Under the pieces are notes generated by a model. The model saw only the letters and a program-made list of their open reading frames with translations, ran no database searches and had not been told where the DNA came from. A program made the position numbers and the translations under genes. This document shows, one piece after another, positions 38,601-51,600 of a stretch of DNA of 64,000 nt. The DNA comes from Nemertoderma westbladi (lineage: Eukaryota; Animalia; Xenacoelomorpha). The DNA lies in contig JAUCBJ010001223.1 in the NCBI GenBank assembly GCA_032718475.1, positions 62,001 through 126,000 of the forward strand, read 5' to 3'. Each line of letters begins with the position of its first letter. Positions within the stretch are counted from its first letter, which is position 1.

Positions 38601-41100
38601 TCCCGACAACCAACTAGGAAAATTAATATCAGCAAAGATCGAAGAAGGTAATGTTAAGGCGGCAGCTCGCTTAGCCACTTCCACAACCACGATTGCACCT
38701 CCGACTGATGAAACCCTAAGAGCCCTACAGTCTCTCCACCCAACCCGCCCAGCTGAGGACCTTGAGGGAGTACCCTCGATTGAGGAAGCAGAAGTACCCC
38801 TACTTGAACTCTCATATCCACAAATCTTGAAGTCAATTAGGTTCTTCCCAAATGGATCAGCAGCAGGACCTGATAATTTCAGGCCTCAGTTCTTCAAGGA
38901 TATGGTATCTTCACCAGCAGGTGATGGTGCCTTGAGTTGTCTCAAAGCCACTACTGCAGTGGCCAACCTAATGATTAAAGGCGTAGTGCACGAGGTAGTT
39001 TTCCCTTTACGGCGCTCGGCTCTGTGCCTTCACAAAGCCATTAGGGGGTATCCGGCCGATTGCAGTAGGTTGCACCTTACGCCGTACTTAATCCAGACTT
39101 AAACTAGGTCCCCACCAGCTTGGATTCGGGACACCACGAGGCGCCGAGGCAGCGGTCCATGCTTCAAGGCGATTCTTGAGCGAGTCCACCGACGAGGTGA
39201 TCATGGTGAAGATAGACTTCTCTAATGCCGTTAACAGCGTTCACAGAGGGCCTGTCCTGAGGTCGGTACTTAATAACCTCCCACCCCTCTACAACCTCGC
39301 ATACCAGTCGTATTCCAAACCAACTCACCTATTCTATAGAGGCTCTATAATCCCGTCAGATAATGGGGTGCAGCAGGGTGATCCCCTTGCATCCCTTTTC
39401 TTTAGCAGCGATACAATTGAGCTGGTTGACAGTCTCGAATCTCCACTGAATGTGTGGTTTCTCGACGACGGATCATTGGGAGGGACAGTCGAGGAGGTCG
39501 GAGCTGACTTGAGGAGAATCATCGAGGAGGCTGCCAAGTTGGGCCTAGTGATTAAGGCATCAAAGTGTGAAATGATATTCGGTAAGCACTTCCCCGACAG
39601 TCTCAAGGATGCAACTTCTAGCTTATTCGAATCCATCACCCCAGGCATTAAGGTTCAGGAGCTTTTGGAATCGTCACTACTCGGTGCACCACTCGGTGAT
39701 TCGTCCCTAGAGACTGCGCTACAGACCAAGATATCTGAACTCGGTAGACTAGAAGAGTGTCTTCAGCTTCTGAGAGCACACGATGCCCTCTATCTGCTTA
39801 GGCACTGCTTTGCAATCCCTAAATTTATGTACCTCCTACGTTGTGCTCCAGCCTTCAGATCGCACCAGCTGGATGATCTCGACCGAGCCATCCAGCAAGC
39901 ACTTGAAGTAGCAATCAACACAAAACTCAACAAGGATGCTTGGATCCAATCAGCCCTTCCCATTTCTATGGGGGGCCTGGGAGTCCGGAGTACGAGGGAC
40001 GTCGCTATACCTGCCTTCTTGGCTTCTGTCTACGGATGCAGTCCCCTACTCCATTCTCTCTTGCCCGCCAGTTTGATTAGCATTGAAGATCCACTCCTAT
40101 GCATTGCGATTGACAACCTTCCCAAAGACTTCATGCCACCTACCAACCATGCCATTCAGAGGAACTGGGACACCCCACTTTGCATAGAACGCCGTGATGA
40201 CCTCATCAATCGAACATCAACTCCAAAGGATAGGGCACGACTGCTAGCGACGAGAGCGGATCATTCTGGCGACTGGCTGCAGGCACTCCCTGTATCAGCG
40301 CTAGGACTTAGGCTCAACGACGATGAGCTACGCATAGGAGTCGCCCTCCGCCTCGGTAGCCCCATATGTGAAGAGCATTCCTGTAGAGGTTGTGGGGTGT
40401 TGGTGGACAGGAGTGGAACCCACGGCCTCAGCTGTCTCCATAATTATGGAAAATACACCCGTCATGCTGAGGCCAATGACATAATACACCGAGCCCTCTC
40501 ATCAGCAGGTGTTTCCTCCACACTAGAGCCCCGCGGCCTAGCCATAGATGGCAAGAAACCAGACGGAGTGACATTGGGCCCCTGGTCTTCAGGCCGCCCA
40601 CTAGTGTGGGACTACACCTGTCGTGATACGTTGGCCCAAACGTATCTACCAGCCACATCCCAGGAAGCAGGAACAGCAGCAACCATCGCCGAATCAACCA
40701 AAGGCTCTAAGTATGCAGCCCTGCAACACACAACTATATATTCCGTACCATTGCGACAGAAACCCTGGGACCAGTAGGAGTCGAAGGCACTGAAACACTT
40801 CGCGAAATAGGGCGCAGGATCAGCAATCGGACAGGGGAACCCCGTTCCACTGCATACCTGTTTCAACGCCTTTCAATAGCCACCATCCGAGGGAATGCAG
40901 TAGCAGTTCTTGGCACCCTCCCCAGTCAGGCTTGCTTGGACGAGGTCTTCCTTATCTGAAACCTCCTTCACTCCGTCTATCCTTCTCTACCACCACCTAG
41001 TCTCTTAATCTCTATTCTTGTCCCCACCGAGCCAATCAGTCAGTCTCCGGTCGCCATTCTCATTGTAATTCTTCTGACATCATTAAGTTATTTATATACT
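35640..41100 (+). mobile_element. CRE-like RLE non-LTR retrotransposon, near full length; boundaries approximate
   Basis: GC-rich 5' end, single long ORF region and pyrimidine-rich 3'UTR; CRE-type motifs GIRPIAVG, QLGFG..GAEAAVH, GVQQGDPL, WFLDDG, GGLGVR, LRLG, KPDG and FQRLSIATIRGNA. Confidence 0.88.
36562..40959 (+). pseudogene. Polyprotein: Ulp1/C48 protease - Pro/Ser/Thr linker - PHD - RT - CCHC - restriction-like endonuclease; frameshifts at ~39005 and ~40735, deletion/stop at ~39088
   Basis: WLSDCLID, FFPVNIRGFHWAL, YFDSL and QYNSHECG (C48); CPVC...CSSC...FHGSC...CRHC (38011-38160); RT motifs; CRGC...HGLSC; RH...KPDG...WDYT. The C-terminus is recovered in an alternative frame ending at TGA 40957-40959. 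Confidence 0.88.
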
Positions 41101-41824
41101 AATCAAACGAAAATTTGTTATTTAATTACATGTATTATATATAAGATTTTCTTTATGTAGCTACTGTATTTATATTTAACTGTTTGAATTTCTGACATAT
41201 TTGTTACCGGGTAATTATTTATTAAATTCAGAAACATTTATTGAATGGATAGGCCCAAACTGCAGAGAAGTATATTACTTGTCAAGTTTATTACAATCTC
41301 ACTCTATCCCAGAAAGTAAGAGTACATGATACTATCATTATACTACCTGTGTATGTGGTGCTGTGGCTGTGGCTGATGGTTTAGGTTACCATTCGCTTCA
41401 ATGCAATTCTGGAACACTTTCTCTATCTATCTAGAGTTCATTTTTAGAGTTTAGTGTTTATGTTTCGTAGTTTATATATCTATATCTATCCATCCCTGGA
41501 CATTTGTATTATTTAAAACCCGGAGCCAACGTTAATGTTTCAAAAGTTTAAATTTCGAAGTATCAATAATATAGTAGTTATACCAGATTTTCAGCTTTCA
41601 AATCCTGCAACATTGGCTTTCATCATTCCTGTACATCCGACTAGGTGAGCTGCGAGTAACTTGTCTGTACCTCAACGTTTTCCATATCATTATAATTCGT
41701 TTAGATATTTTGTAATTATTTACAATAAATTAGGTCTGATCTTAAAAAAACTCTTTGGTAATACATACAATTTTTTTCATTATTACTGTGGAGAGCGCTA
41801 TACTTGCCCATAGTTCCAACCAAC

Positions 41825-42072
41825 ATGATAATAACGCATAAGCCGTTCCATACCATTTATGGTTGTAGTGTGGCATTATTCATTGTAATGATTGCCATGA
41901 TCATCTCATCCTGCAGAGGTCAGCAGGATGAATGTGTACCCCACATAGAGTTGTACACCCAGGATAAACTTCAAGGAACTAAATACGACGTGTACGAGGA
42001 TACCAACATGGCAGAACTCATCAACCTCGGCATCAATGATCAGGTGGCATCTGTCAATATCATCTGTGGGAT
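41825..42072 (+). CDS. Beta/gamma-crystallin-domain protein, exon 1 (signal peptide plus Greek key 1)
   Basis: Hydrophobic SVALFIVMIAMIISSCRG, then IELYTQDKLQG...GINDQVASVNIICG; donor AT|GTAAGT at 42073. Confidence 0.8.
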
Positions 42073-42261
42073 GTAAGTATTATTAAGTAAATATACTTCA
42101 TATAAATCCTACGTAACTTCCAATCTGATCAGATTCTTTATATTTGTTATTATATTTACTAAACCCAAATTTAGTTGAAAGCATGATGGCATCAATTTAA
42201 TATATTCGCATTTGTTCAACCTGATTAACCTGATTAGTACAGGCGAGTCTTTTCTATTTAG

Positions 42262-42419
42262 ATGGCTATTGTACCAGGACGACTTTGATGGGCAAATTGA
42301 CGTCGTTATGCCTGGCAATTTCTCAACCAATCAGCTTGTTGACACAGCGAATAATATCAGTTCAGTTCGACTTGTACCACAGAATGGTGTGACACTTTTC
42401 GAGAAACCATATTACAAAG
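42262..42419 (+). CDS. Beta/gamma-crystallin-domain protein, exon 2
   Basis: Acceptor TTTCTATTTAG|; the phase-2 join gives CGIWLLYQDDFDG...PGNF...ANNISSVRLV...VTLFEKPYYKG; donor G|GTGTAT. Confidence 0.8.
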
Positions 42420-43354
42420 GTGTATAGTCTGGTTAAATTAATTATTATTTATTTTACTTATTTGTACAACCATACCCAACCCATCTCAATTAGAGTGAAA
42501 TATAATATTAGAAATGCGATTTTAAACAACATTATTACACTCAGTATGACACGGGCATATCTGTATAGAAATCGTTATTATCTTATTACTGTAAATTTTA
42601 AACACAACTAGGTCAAATTACCGTCCGATGACACGCGAGTTTAATAATTTTTATTTTGCCTTTTTTTAACATTTTGATATTTTTTATAAGAGGTTTAAAA
42701 TTATCTTTTTGAAATTGCACCATTTGTATTCCAGCAATTCATCACATTAGCTGCGATATGTAAGACTCGTAGCGAACATGGTAGGTGATCATCACGTAGT
42801 CCCTGATCTCTGTTTTATATAATAATGACTTCAATATAATAAGCAGGGCCATCATTTAATACCCGAAGTACTTTATTTCCTTTGTTTAAATTAAAATATT
42901 ACACTGTAAAAGGGTTATCCTATACTATGTAGGCCTACTCGTTCCCACATAATGGATTACAATGTTTATAATACTCTACTGTATGTATCTCTAAGTATTA
43001 ATATGTTTCACCAACATATATATATATCGACTGCAAAAATATAAATCAATGCTATCTATCCTATGGGTTAACTTTTTTCCCTAAGGAAAAAGTAATCTCT
43101 TTTCTCCCGATTTTGGGGTATATTCAGGTGAAAAATAACAATTTTAGAAAAATTAAAGTGTCTGGGAAGATCTTGTTTGGAGTAAGAACGATTTTGAGCA
43201 TTTCTTTGGTGAAATTCGCTAAATGTCTTATAATAAATAAGATTTAGAAAATGATCTATGATGATGTTAGCTACTTAATAACACGAATTATAAGCGTTTT
43301 ACGTACTAAAATGTTTATTGGATTGATTTTATACTGTAGCTAGTGATTTCTATA

Positions 43355-44919
43355 CACCATGTCCCAGAATAGTGTCGTAATTCAGTGACACCCCCCCCCC
43401 CCCCCTAATTTTTCTACAAATCCTAATGAGATTGCATGAAATTTGAAACAGAGATGGTTTCACCTCCCGACCACTGACTGGGTGAGCCAGAATTTTATTT
43501 TTGCTTTCAATCTTTAGCTACAAGCGTTTAAAAAAGTGTCTCCAGCGATATTACACCAGTTACACCGCAGTTATTCTTCTACCTTATAGCTGTTTGTTGG
43601 TACCAATGGAATGCTGGTCATGCAAGGATTCTAAATATGTAACACAATTTGAATTTCGTTGAAAAATAGCTGAGATATGAGCGTTCAAATGATGCATGTA
43701 TTTAAACCTGCGCGAGGCTATTTTATTATATTTAATAAATAAACCATATTCTGGAACATTTTTTAAATGTATGATGTATTAATATCTACATAATAGTAAG
43801 ATTAAGGATGTAATGCATTGTTGCCCAGCTACGTATTTGGATAAACACACGTTTATCAAAAACGGAGTCTGGGGCGCCGAGGGCGAGAAATTCATCCGCC
43901 ACCTCGCGGACGCACTGGTGGTGAGGAGGGCGGGGATGAGGCAGCGGGGGTTAAGAGCAGTAGTCCTGGGGGATGTGAGAAGGCGACTGCAGTTCGCCTT
44001 ATTAAGGGCGAACTCGCTGTGCCTCCGCGGTGGAAGGAGGCCCTGGAGGGGTCTTGGGTTCGGGGACGGGGCGGGAGTCAGGGATTTGGACAGGGAGACG
44101 TACCCCTCTCCCTAACTCCCTATTAATGGAGTTAACATTAGATATGTGTACTTTTAGTTAATGGCGTAAACAGTATAGAGAGGTGTAGTAATTTTAATGG
44201 CGTAAACATAATTAGTTAATAATATTAAAAAAATAAATATAATGTGGATATTAATGGCCACATTGCAAATATTGCATTATTTCTCATTTTAAATTTATAT
44301 TTTTCTGAATCGATTACTTTAATTATTACTGTTTCTGTGCTATTTGATTACTTATTATTATAGTCTATATTACACATACAGTACATACATACATACATAC
44401 AAGATATTACACACAATGGCAGTTGTTTTTGCTATAAACGGTACCTTGCGCAGAATATCCAAAATTTAAGAATGTATTTGGATAAATAAAAAATTCCAGA
44501 ATATGATGCATTTATTAAATAGAATAAAATTGCCTCGCGCCGGTGCAAAACAATGCAACATTTGAACGCTCATAGTTCAGCTATTTTTCAACGAAATTCA
44601 AATTGTGTTACATATTTAGAATCCTTGCATGACCAGATTTCTATTAGTACCATCAAATAGAGTTATAAGGTAGAAGAATAACTGTAGTGTAACTGGTGTA
44701 ATATCGCTGGAGACACTTTGTAGCTAAAGCTTAGCAGCTTGTAGCTAAAGATTGAAAGCAAAAATAAAAATTCTGGCTCACCCAGTCAGTGGTCGGGAGG
44801 TGAAACTATCGCTGTTTCAAATTTCATGCAATCTCATTAAGATTTGTAGAAAAACAGGGGGGGGGGGGGGGGGTGGGGGCGTGTCACTGAATTACGACAC
44901 TATAGTCTGGGACATGGTG
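43355..44919. mobile_element. Tc1/mariner-type non-autonomous element with ~400-bp TIRs (in intron 2 of the crystallin-domain gene)
   Basis: TA|CACCATGTCCCAGA ... TCTGGGACATGGTG|TA; arms ~43355-43770 and ~44470-44919 are inverted copies. Confidence 0.88.
43860..44240 (+). mobile_element. 5'-truncated CRE-like retrotransposon 3' end (second family)
   Basis: GC-rich GVWGAEGEKFIRHLA...RRLQFALLRANSLCLRG resembles the RLE C-terminus; short 3'UTR with an A-rich tail. Confidence 0.7.
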
Positions 44920-45169
44920 TATATATGTAGTGATTAAAGATTATAAGGTGGTAGATATAACATTTTTATTTTATAGTTATTGTGTTACAGGTATGCTTTC
45001 GCAAAAAATGTCTCGAAATTTCATATCATTCATTACTATAGGTGGACGCAAACGTCGTATCTTTGTGAATTTTCTGACTTCTAGACTCCAGCTCCCCAAC
45101 ATGCATCATTCACAACAATCACTATTAATATAGGAATAAATGTTGTTTAAAATCGCACTACTACTTACT

Positions 45170-45800
45170 ACAAGGTTGAGTGAGCCTGGACAATGGAAAT
45201 TAGATCCGTCCATAGGCTCCCTGATATCCGGGCTACACATTCCTTATGTTGGCTGCTGGGAAAGTAGATGTGGTATGACCTCATGTTTACTTCTTCAGCA
45301 GTGTCAACTGAATCTTAATCTGCATTCGTGAACAGTGCAGTGGTTGGATGCTTTTGAATGGTTCTGGATATTCAGCATTTTACTGCTATGGATGGAGTTG
45401 AATCATGCACAATATCTAAGCTATTGTTGATCTATTTGGTCGAAATCCATTATTGGTCTTATGCAGCAGTTTCTATATGTGTCGACTAAATCTATAAAGA
45501 ATCATTTGTTGTATAATTTTGGCAGCTAGCACAAGGAGACTGATACCACGACATTCTTGGTATCCTGACGTCTTTTTCTGCTTTTATGCTTTAGTTGACT
45601 TTAAGTCCAAATTGTCCAGCATTCCTGTTTTCCATACCTCTGTCTGCCTGCAGGGATTTCATCAAATCCACTCGCTTTTTGATTGGATATGCTTTTAATG
45701 CTTCTCTGAAGTTCGACAGGTCTAAAGTCGCCTGTTTCAATGGGTACTGGCTTGTCATATATTTTTCTTGTAGGACTGAACCCCATGTTTGGTAGCTGCT
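45170..45800 (-). pseudogene. Highly deleted RTE LINE fragment
   Basis: PIETGDF..ELQRSIKSISNQKASGFDEIPA, GFRPNRST and RLRFS; similar to the 48660-51233 element. Confidence 0.78.
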
Positions 45801-45889
45801 TGAACAACTATTATATTTATAAATCATATATAATAATGATAAACTAAATATAAGTGTCACACATAATTTTATAATTTTCGTTAAATTAA

Positions 45890-46964
45890 ACTAGAAAGCC
45901 AGCAAGCTGGCTGGAAGGAGCCCGGGGGAAAAATCCTAGCCAAGACTAATACAAAGAACTATGTCAGTCAGCAGTAAGTAAACTAAAATTGTCTAAACTG
46001 CAAGGCGTGAGGCTAGCTGACTTTGTGGCTCGCCCCACATAATAAAAAATGCAACTTAGCTACCACTAACAAAAATATAATATGAAGCAAATAATTTCAT
46101 TATCAAGAACGTTTACAAGATATAAGATGCGATTACCGAATATTTATAAAAAATGCCCATGATGCACAACCAGATAAATAACAACGAATAGAGCCAAATA
46201 ACAAATTTAGTTTCCTTCTATAGGTATTACCCCGTCGTCAAGCGGAATATCTCTTCCCAGTGAATTCTATGTGAATATGTAATATAGGTACTCCTTAGGC
46301 GGTAGGCCAGAGCGGGCTCCTTAAATACATGCAACTACTGTATTATAGTGTAGGTCAACTATAAAACATTTTGCAATCCACAGTGAGTATCGACTGCAAT
46401 AGGACACAACACACTGCTTTGTGTAACTAAAATTCATCCACCCCCTAACATAGCAGAGTGAGTAACCTTATTGTAGATATACCCTTAGGAAGCACTGGGA
46501 GAGCAATCAGCTTATGGGGTAATACATTAGAAACCAACAGCTTATGTGTGAGTAAACACAGCCTACTAGTAAAACTTGGCAACCAACACGTTTTTCTATG
46601 ACTGTGTATAACATATTAAGATATAAACATATAAACATTATAACACATTATTATTTCATCATGAACACCAGCTGTTATTTTACCATTGCTTTTAATTTCG
46701 CGACAAAACAATGTCAAAAAACTAAATATATCGAATACCACACATAGAATCGATCTGAAATTTTGTAACGCGATTATGAACCACCAAAGCAATGTACTTG
46801 CAAAATTTTATCAAAATCGCCAGGCAGGAAGTGCCTTAACCTAGATAATTATCAGTCAGTATGTCAGTCAGTATGTCAGTCAGTGTAATGTATCCTGAGA
46901 TTTTTACAGAAAGTATCCCTGAGATTCTTACAGTAAGTATCCCGCTGTCAAGCGGGCTCCTAAT
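45890..46964 (-). mobile_element. Helentron-associated non-autonomous element (HINE/DINE-1-like)
   Basis: Minus strand has a 5' subTIR GGAGCCCG with nearby IR, a (CTGA) microsatellite, a 3' subTIR CGGGCTCC, the hairpin AGCCAGC-TT-GCTGGCT and terminal CTAGT. Confidence 0.75.
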
Positions 46965-47009
46965 TAATTTGCCCCATGGGCAGATGATTACGGGTTATTG
47001 AACTTTCAG

Positions 47010-47157
47010 GTCAATGTTTGGTCTTCTGTGATTTTATAACTCCAATAGTGGATAAAGCTGTTGCCAAACAGTGCAGTATCCCCAATCTAGGGGACCACGA
47101 TTTCCGAGTTACCAGATCAGTGATTGTATCCGGACAATTCTCATGGCGATTCTTTAG
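47010..47157 (+). CDS. Beta/gamma-crystallin-domain protein, predicted exon 3 (not in the ORF track)
   Basis: Acceptor ACTTTCAG|; the phase-1 join gives YYKG-QCLVF...SIPNLGDHDFRVTRSVIVSGQFSWRFF; donor AG|GTATTG; stop-free. Confidence 0.65.
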
Positions 47158-47311
47158 GTATTGTATACGATATTTGCTATTAATTTATTGACTTTACTGC
47201 GATTGATTGGCTTTTATAAATTAGGCATGATAATATAGTATAGCTATAATAAAATCGACAATTATTTACACAATTCATTTAGTTTATGTTCACTTTAAAG
47301 ATAAAATCCAG

Positions 47312-47400
47312 ACAAATAAAAAAATCATACCCCATCACACAGGGTTCCATTGTTCCATGGACTGGAAGTAAACTCACAACATCAACAAACCCAAACCCCG
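47312..47400 (+). CDS. Possible exon 4 of the crystallin-domain gene (weak acceptor, possibly degenerate)
   Basis: A phase-2 join at CAG 47309-47311 gives RQIKKSYPITQGSIVPWTGSKLTTS, loosely like Greek key 4; the better acceptor at 47282 leads to a stop after 5 codons. Confidence 0.3.
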
Positions 47401-48659
47401 TTGCTACTATGGGCCGCATTTTTGTCGACATTTCGGCCCTCATTTCGTCTTTTTTGGGACAGAAAATCAAACCAATCCTAAAAGATAGACAAAACAATTA
47501 CCCCAAAGAAAATATAATTATTTTTAATTTGGACCTCCAGAACCGAGGTTACATCAAAATCCGAGAAAACGGGTTTTGAAAAAAATCTATAATTTCAAGT
47601 TTCAGGATTGATTTCAAGTCTAAGTCTTATGTACAGTACATTACTGCTAGTTAATGTTAGATAGGTTACCGCTTTAAAGATTTAAATATTATTGTGCAAC
47701 TTATTTCAAACATTTGTAACTCAGGTTCTCTGGGCCCTTTGACCTGAATGTTTTAGCAATCGATACAGAATACAGATCGTAGTATGTTAAGTCAAAATTG
47801 TACTGTTGCAAAAATAAGTGCAAATGTTGTGCATTAATGCTAAATTCTAGGCCTACGATTCTAAAAAGGCAAATTTTCATTTCCGTTCTGACTCTTTTAG
47901 TGATTTGTATTTAATCTTAATATATTATATATCGACAGAAGATAAGCGATATGCGTTAAATAGGAACCATCTTGATTCAGCACCACCTTAGTGCAATTGG
48001 TAGTACAATTTTGGATTTTGGAATTTTGGAATTCTGTCAAAAACAATCTAAATAAAATCTCATCAATCATACCCAAGGTAAAATTCCTAGACATTCTGAC
48101 CAAACTGTTTTCAGATCCACTAAAATCTATTTAAATCATTTATATAAATTACATTTCTGTGTATCAGTCTGGTAGTTGAATGTAATATACGTATTCAATG
48201 TAATTACAGAGGCCCTCAATACTCGTCAACACCCTCTGTATCATTGGAGCCAGGTTTCTACGGAGAAAAGTTGGGGATCGATGTTATATCATCGTTGCAA
48301 ATTATATGTGAGAAAAAAAGAAAAGTTCCGGGTGAGTCACATTACCATATAAGGTTAAAGTATATAGGCCTACACATAACGGTATATACTGTATTTAGAA
48401 AGATGTAGCGATACGCCCCGTACACCTTCTGCTGGAATATAAGGTTGTTATTCAAGTACCTGAACCCCCCCCCCCCCCCCCATTTTCTACAAATCGATTG
48501 CCTGAAAATTGAAGCAGATATAAATTCACCAGCCTTACCCTAATGTAAGGGTGGTAGCACCCCTATGTTTTTTAATATTTGTATATGTCTCCAATGTAGT
48601 CAACAATTTTAATAAGTCAGTAAAGGCTTGTCATCTATAAATGTTTAGGTTAGAGTATT

Positions 48660-51600
48660 TACTACTACTAGGTCGAGCGAACTCGGACAGTGGAAATGAG
48701 ATCCTTCCAGGCTTCCCGATTCTCCATAGTTGTCGCAATTTCGTTTCTCCTAAGTTCAGTATCCCTTTCAAGTTGATATATATATGTTATGGCCGGTCGT
48801 CCACGACTACGCTTTCCATGAGTTGGTTGCCAGAAAAGTAGATCTGGTATGACCTCGTCTTTACTTTGCCAGCAGTGCCCACTGAATCTTAATCTGCGTT
48901 CACGGAGGGTGGTTGATACAGGTGGTATTGTACCATAAAGCTCGGCGTTTGTCATGTGTTGTCTCCAGCTGATGTTTAGGGCTGCCCTTAGTAGTCTTGT
49001 GTAGCAACCATCAATTCGTTGTTCAAGTGATTTGGTCAGTGTCCAGGTCTCACCCCCGTATAAAAATACACTTTCCACTGTGGCTCGAAAGAACTTAGTC
49101 TTCAGGTGCCTGGAGAGATCTGATTTCCAGATGGTTTCCATTTTTGATAGAGCTACCCAAGCCTTTGCTTTCCTAACTTCTATGTCCTTTTTGCTACTCT
49201 CTATCCATGATCCAAGGTACTGGAAGTCATCGACCTTCCTTAGTTGATTATTATCAATGGTTGTCAAGTTCCCATCAACATTAAAGGTCATGAATTCGGT
49301 CTTTGTAGCATTTATATGCAATTCAACCTCCTTAGCAGCCCTCTCCACTTTATTTAGTAGAAGCTGTGCATCTGCTAGGGTATTAGAGAGCAGGGTGATG
49401 TCATCCGCAAAGTTGGTGTCTGTGACTGTAGTTGCCGGATATCTACTACTTCTGCGTTCTTGAAGTGTGAATCTCAGATTTTCACCCTTTGTGGCCGTCC
49501 TCATAGCGTAATCCAGCACAATTACAAATAGTAATGGTGCTAATGTGTCACCTTGCAGTACGCCAGCCAGGATTGAGAAAAACTCAGTTTCACCATCTGG
49601 TGAGAGTACCTGCGCTTCTGTGTCACAATATAACAATCCAATGCAAGCAACAATTACTTGTAATTGCTGGTACAATTACTGGTATTCCATAAGCTCTTAG
49701 GATTTCAAGTATTTTACCTCTATGGATGGAGTCGAATGCCTTCTTGAAGTCCACAAAAGTCATGACTGCAGGGAGATTCTTTGACTTAATTCCATCAATC
49801 AGTCTCCGTAGTGCAAGTATCTGATCTATTGTTGATCTACTTGGTCGAAATCCGTTTTAGCTCTTACGCAGTAGTTTCTCTATGTGAGGCCTAATCCTAT
49901 ACAGAATCATTTTATTGTATATTTTGGCAGCTACCACAAGCAGACAGATCCCACGATAGTTTGTTGGTATGCCGAGGTCTCCTTTCTTGGGGAGAGGCTT
50001 TAGTTGACCTTTAGTCCAAATTGGTGGTGGCTTTTCCCCTTTTAACATCCGGTTGCAAACATTCAATAATGGTCTGTTTAGCACTCCGGTTTTCCATACC
50101 TCCGCTGGGATTTCATCTAATCCACTCGCTTTATTATTGGACATGCTTTTAATGCTTCTTTGGAGTTCGGCAGGTGTGAAGTCCCCTGTTTCTATAGGTA
50201 GTGTCTTGTCATATATTTTCCTTGTAGGGCTGACCTCGATGTTTGGTGGCTGCCCAAGCAAGTTGCTGAAGTGATTTTTCCACTTCCCAACACGTTCTTC
50301 AGGACTATCGGCTTTGAGGCGCCCCTTTGCACAACTTTTCCGACCAGATACCTCATTTACAGTTTGCCAGGTAAGTCTTGATTGTTGCTGTATGTGAGCA
50401 GTTGTAATTGCTTCAGTTTTATCCTATATATACTTTTCCTGGCTGATGTTGTAGGCCAATTTAAGATCGTCCTTAGCTTTCTCAACCTTGTTAATGTTTT
50501 CAGTTGTTGGTTGTTCGGTTTTAACTTTGTAGGCTATCTTAAGATCTTCTCTCTTACAAGTAACATCAGAGTTTTGCCATGGCACATACTGTTTTCGTTT
50601 AGGTTTCTGGGGGATATGCCTCTTAGCTGATTCCTTGTGGGCTGTTATTATATTCTGGTATATTGAATCGGTGGATTGGTCTTCATCCATTGACTGAAGT
50701 GCTTCAAAGCGGTTTTGAACTTCTACTGTGTAAGTATCCTTTACAGCATTGTCAGCTCTGAGTTTCTCCCAGTCATAGTTGATTTGCTTGCTTTTCCTGG
50801 GTTTGCTGGCTCTCAAACTGAGTCTTATCTCTGCAGTCAAAACTTGACTGCTTGTTCTGGCTCTGAGGCATTGGTTGGACTGTAGCAACATATAACTGTT
50901 GCCTTGGGATTCCCATCAAATGTTGCGATCATAACCCTGGAATTTATAGATTCGATGTTGTTTAGGGTCTTAATTGCAAATGGGCTTAGCAGAATTCCTA
51001 CTCCACCAATTGATGCATTGGCCGAGTTTCTTACTGCTGAGCTTGTTACTAACGTCCATCCATTTCCAATGTCATTGTACTTCATGGCAGTGTCTTCATG
51101 ACAAATCCGATGTTCTTGGATGCAGATGATGTCGATGTTATATTCCATTGCCAGAGCGACCATGTCACCCTATTTGGTATGTGCTTTCAGCGTGCGTGCA
51201 TTCATTGTAGCAATCTTTACATTTCAACAGAGGTCACTTCCCTCACTCACTCCCTCACTTCCCTCACTTCCCTCACTTCCCTCACTTCCCTCACTTCCCT
51301 CACTTCCCTCACTTCCCTCACTTCCCTCACTTCCCTCACTCACTCCCTCACTTCCCTCACTCACTCCCTCACTTCCCTCACTTCCCTCACTTCCCTCACT
51401 TCCCTCACTCACTTCCCTCACTTCCCTCACTTCCCTCACTTCCCTCACTTCCCTCACTTCCCTCACTCACTCCCTCACTTCCCTCACTTCCCTCACTTCC
51501 CTCACTTCCCTCACTTCCCTCACTCACTCCCTCACTTCCCTCACTTCCCTCACTTCCCTCACTTCCCTCACTCACTCCCTCACTTCCCTCACTTCCCTCA

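Noticed and set aside
37767-38690. 307-aa minus-strand ORF inside the CRE element
   Set aside because: Antisense to the PHD/pre-RT coding frame; no independent motifs.
44991-45133. Alternative phase-1 exon for the crystallin-domain gene (TTACAG|GTATGCTT...)
   Set aside because: No convincing Greek-key motif or strong donor; 47010-47157 fits much better.
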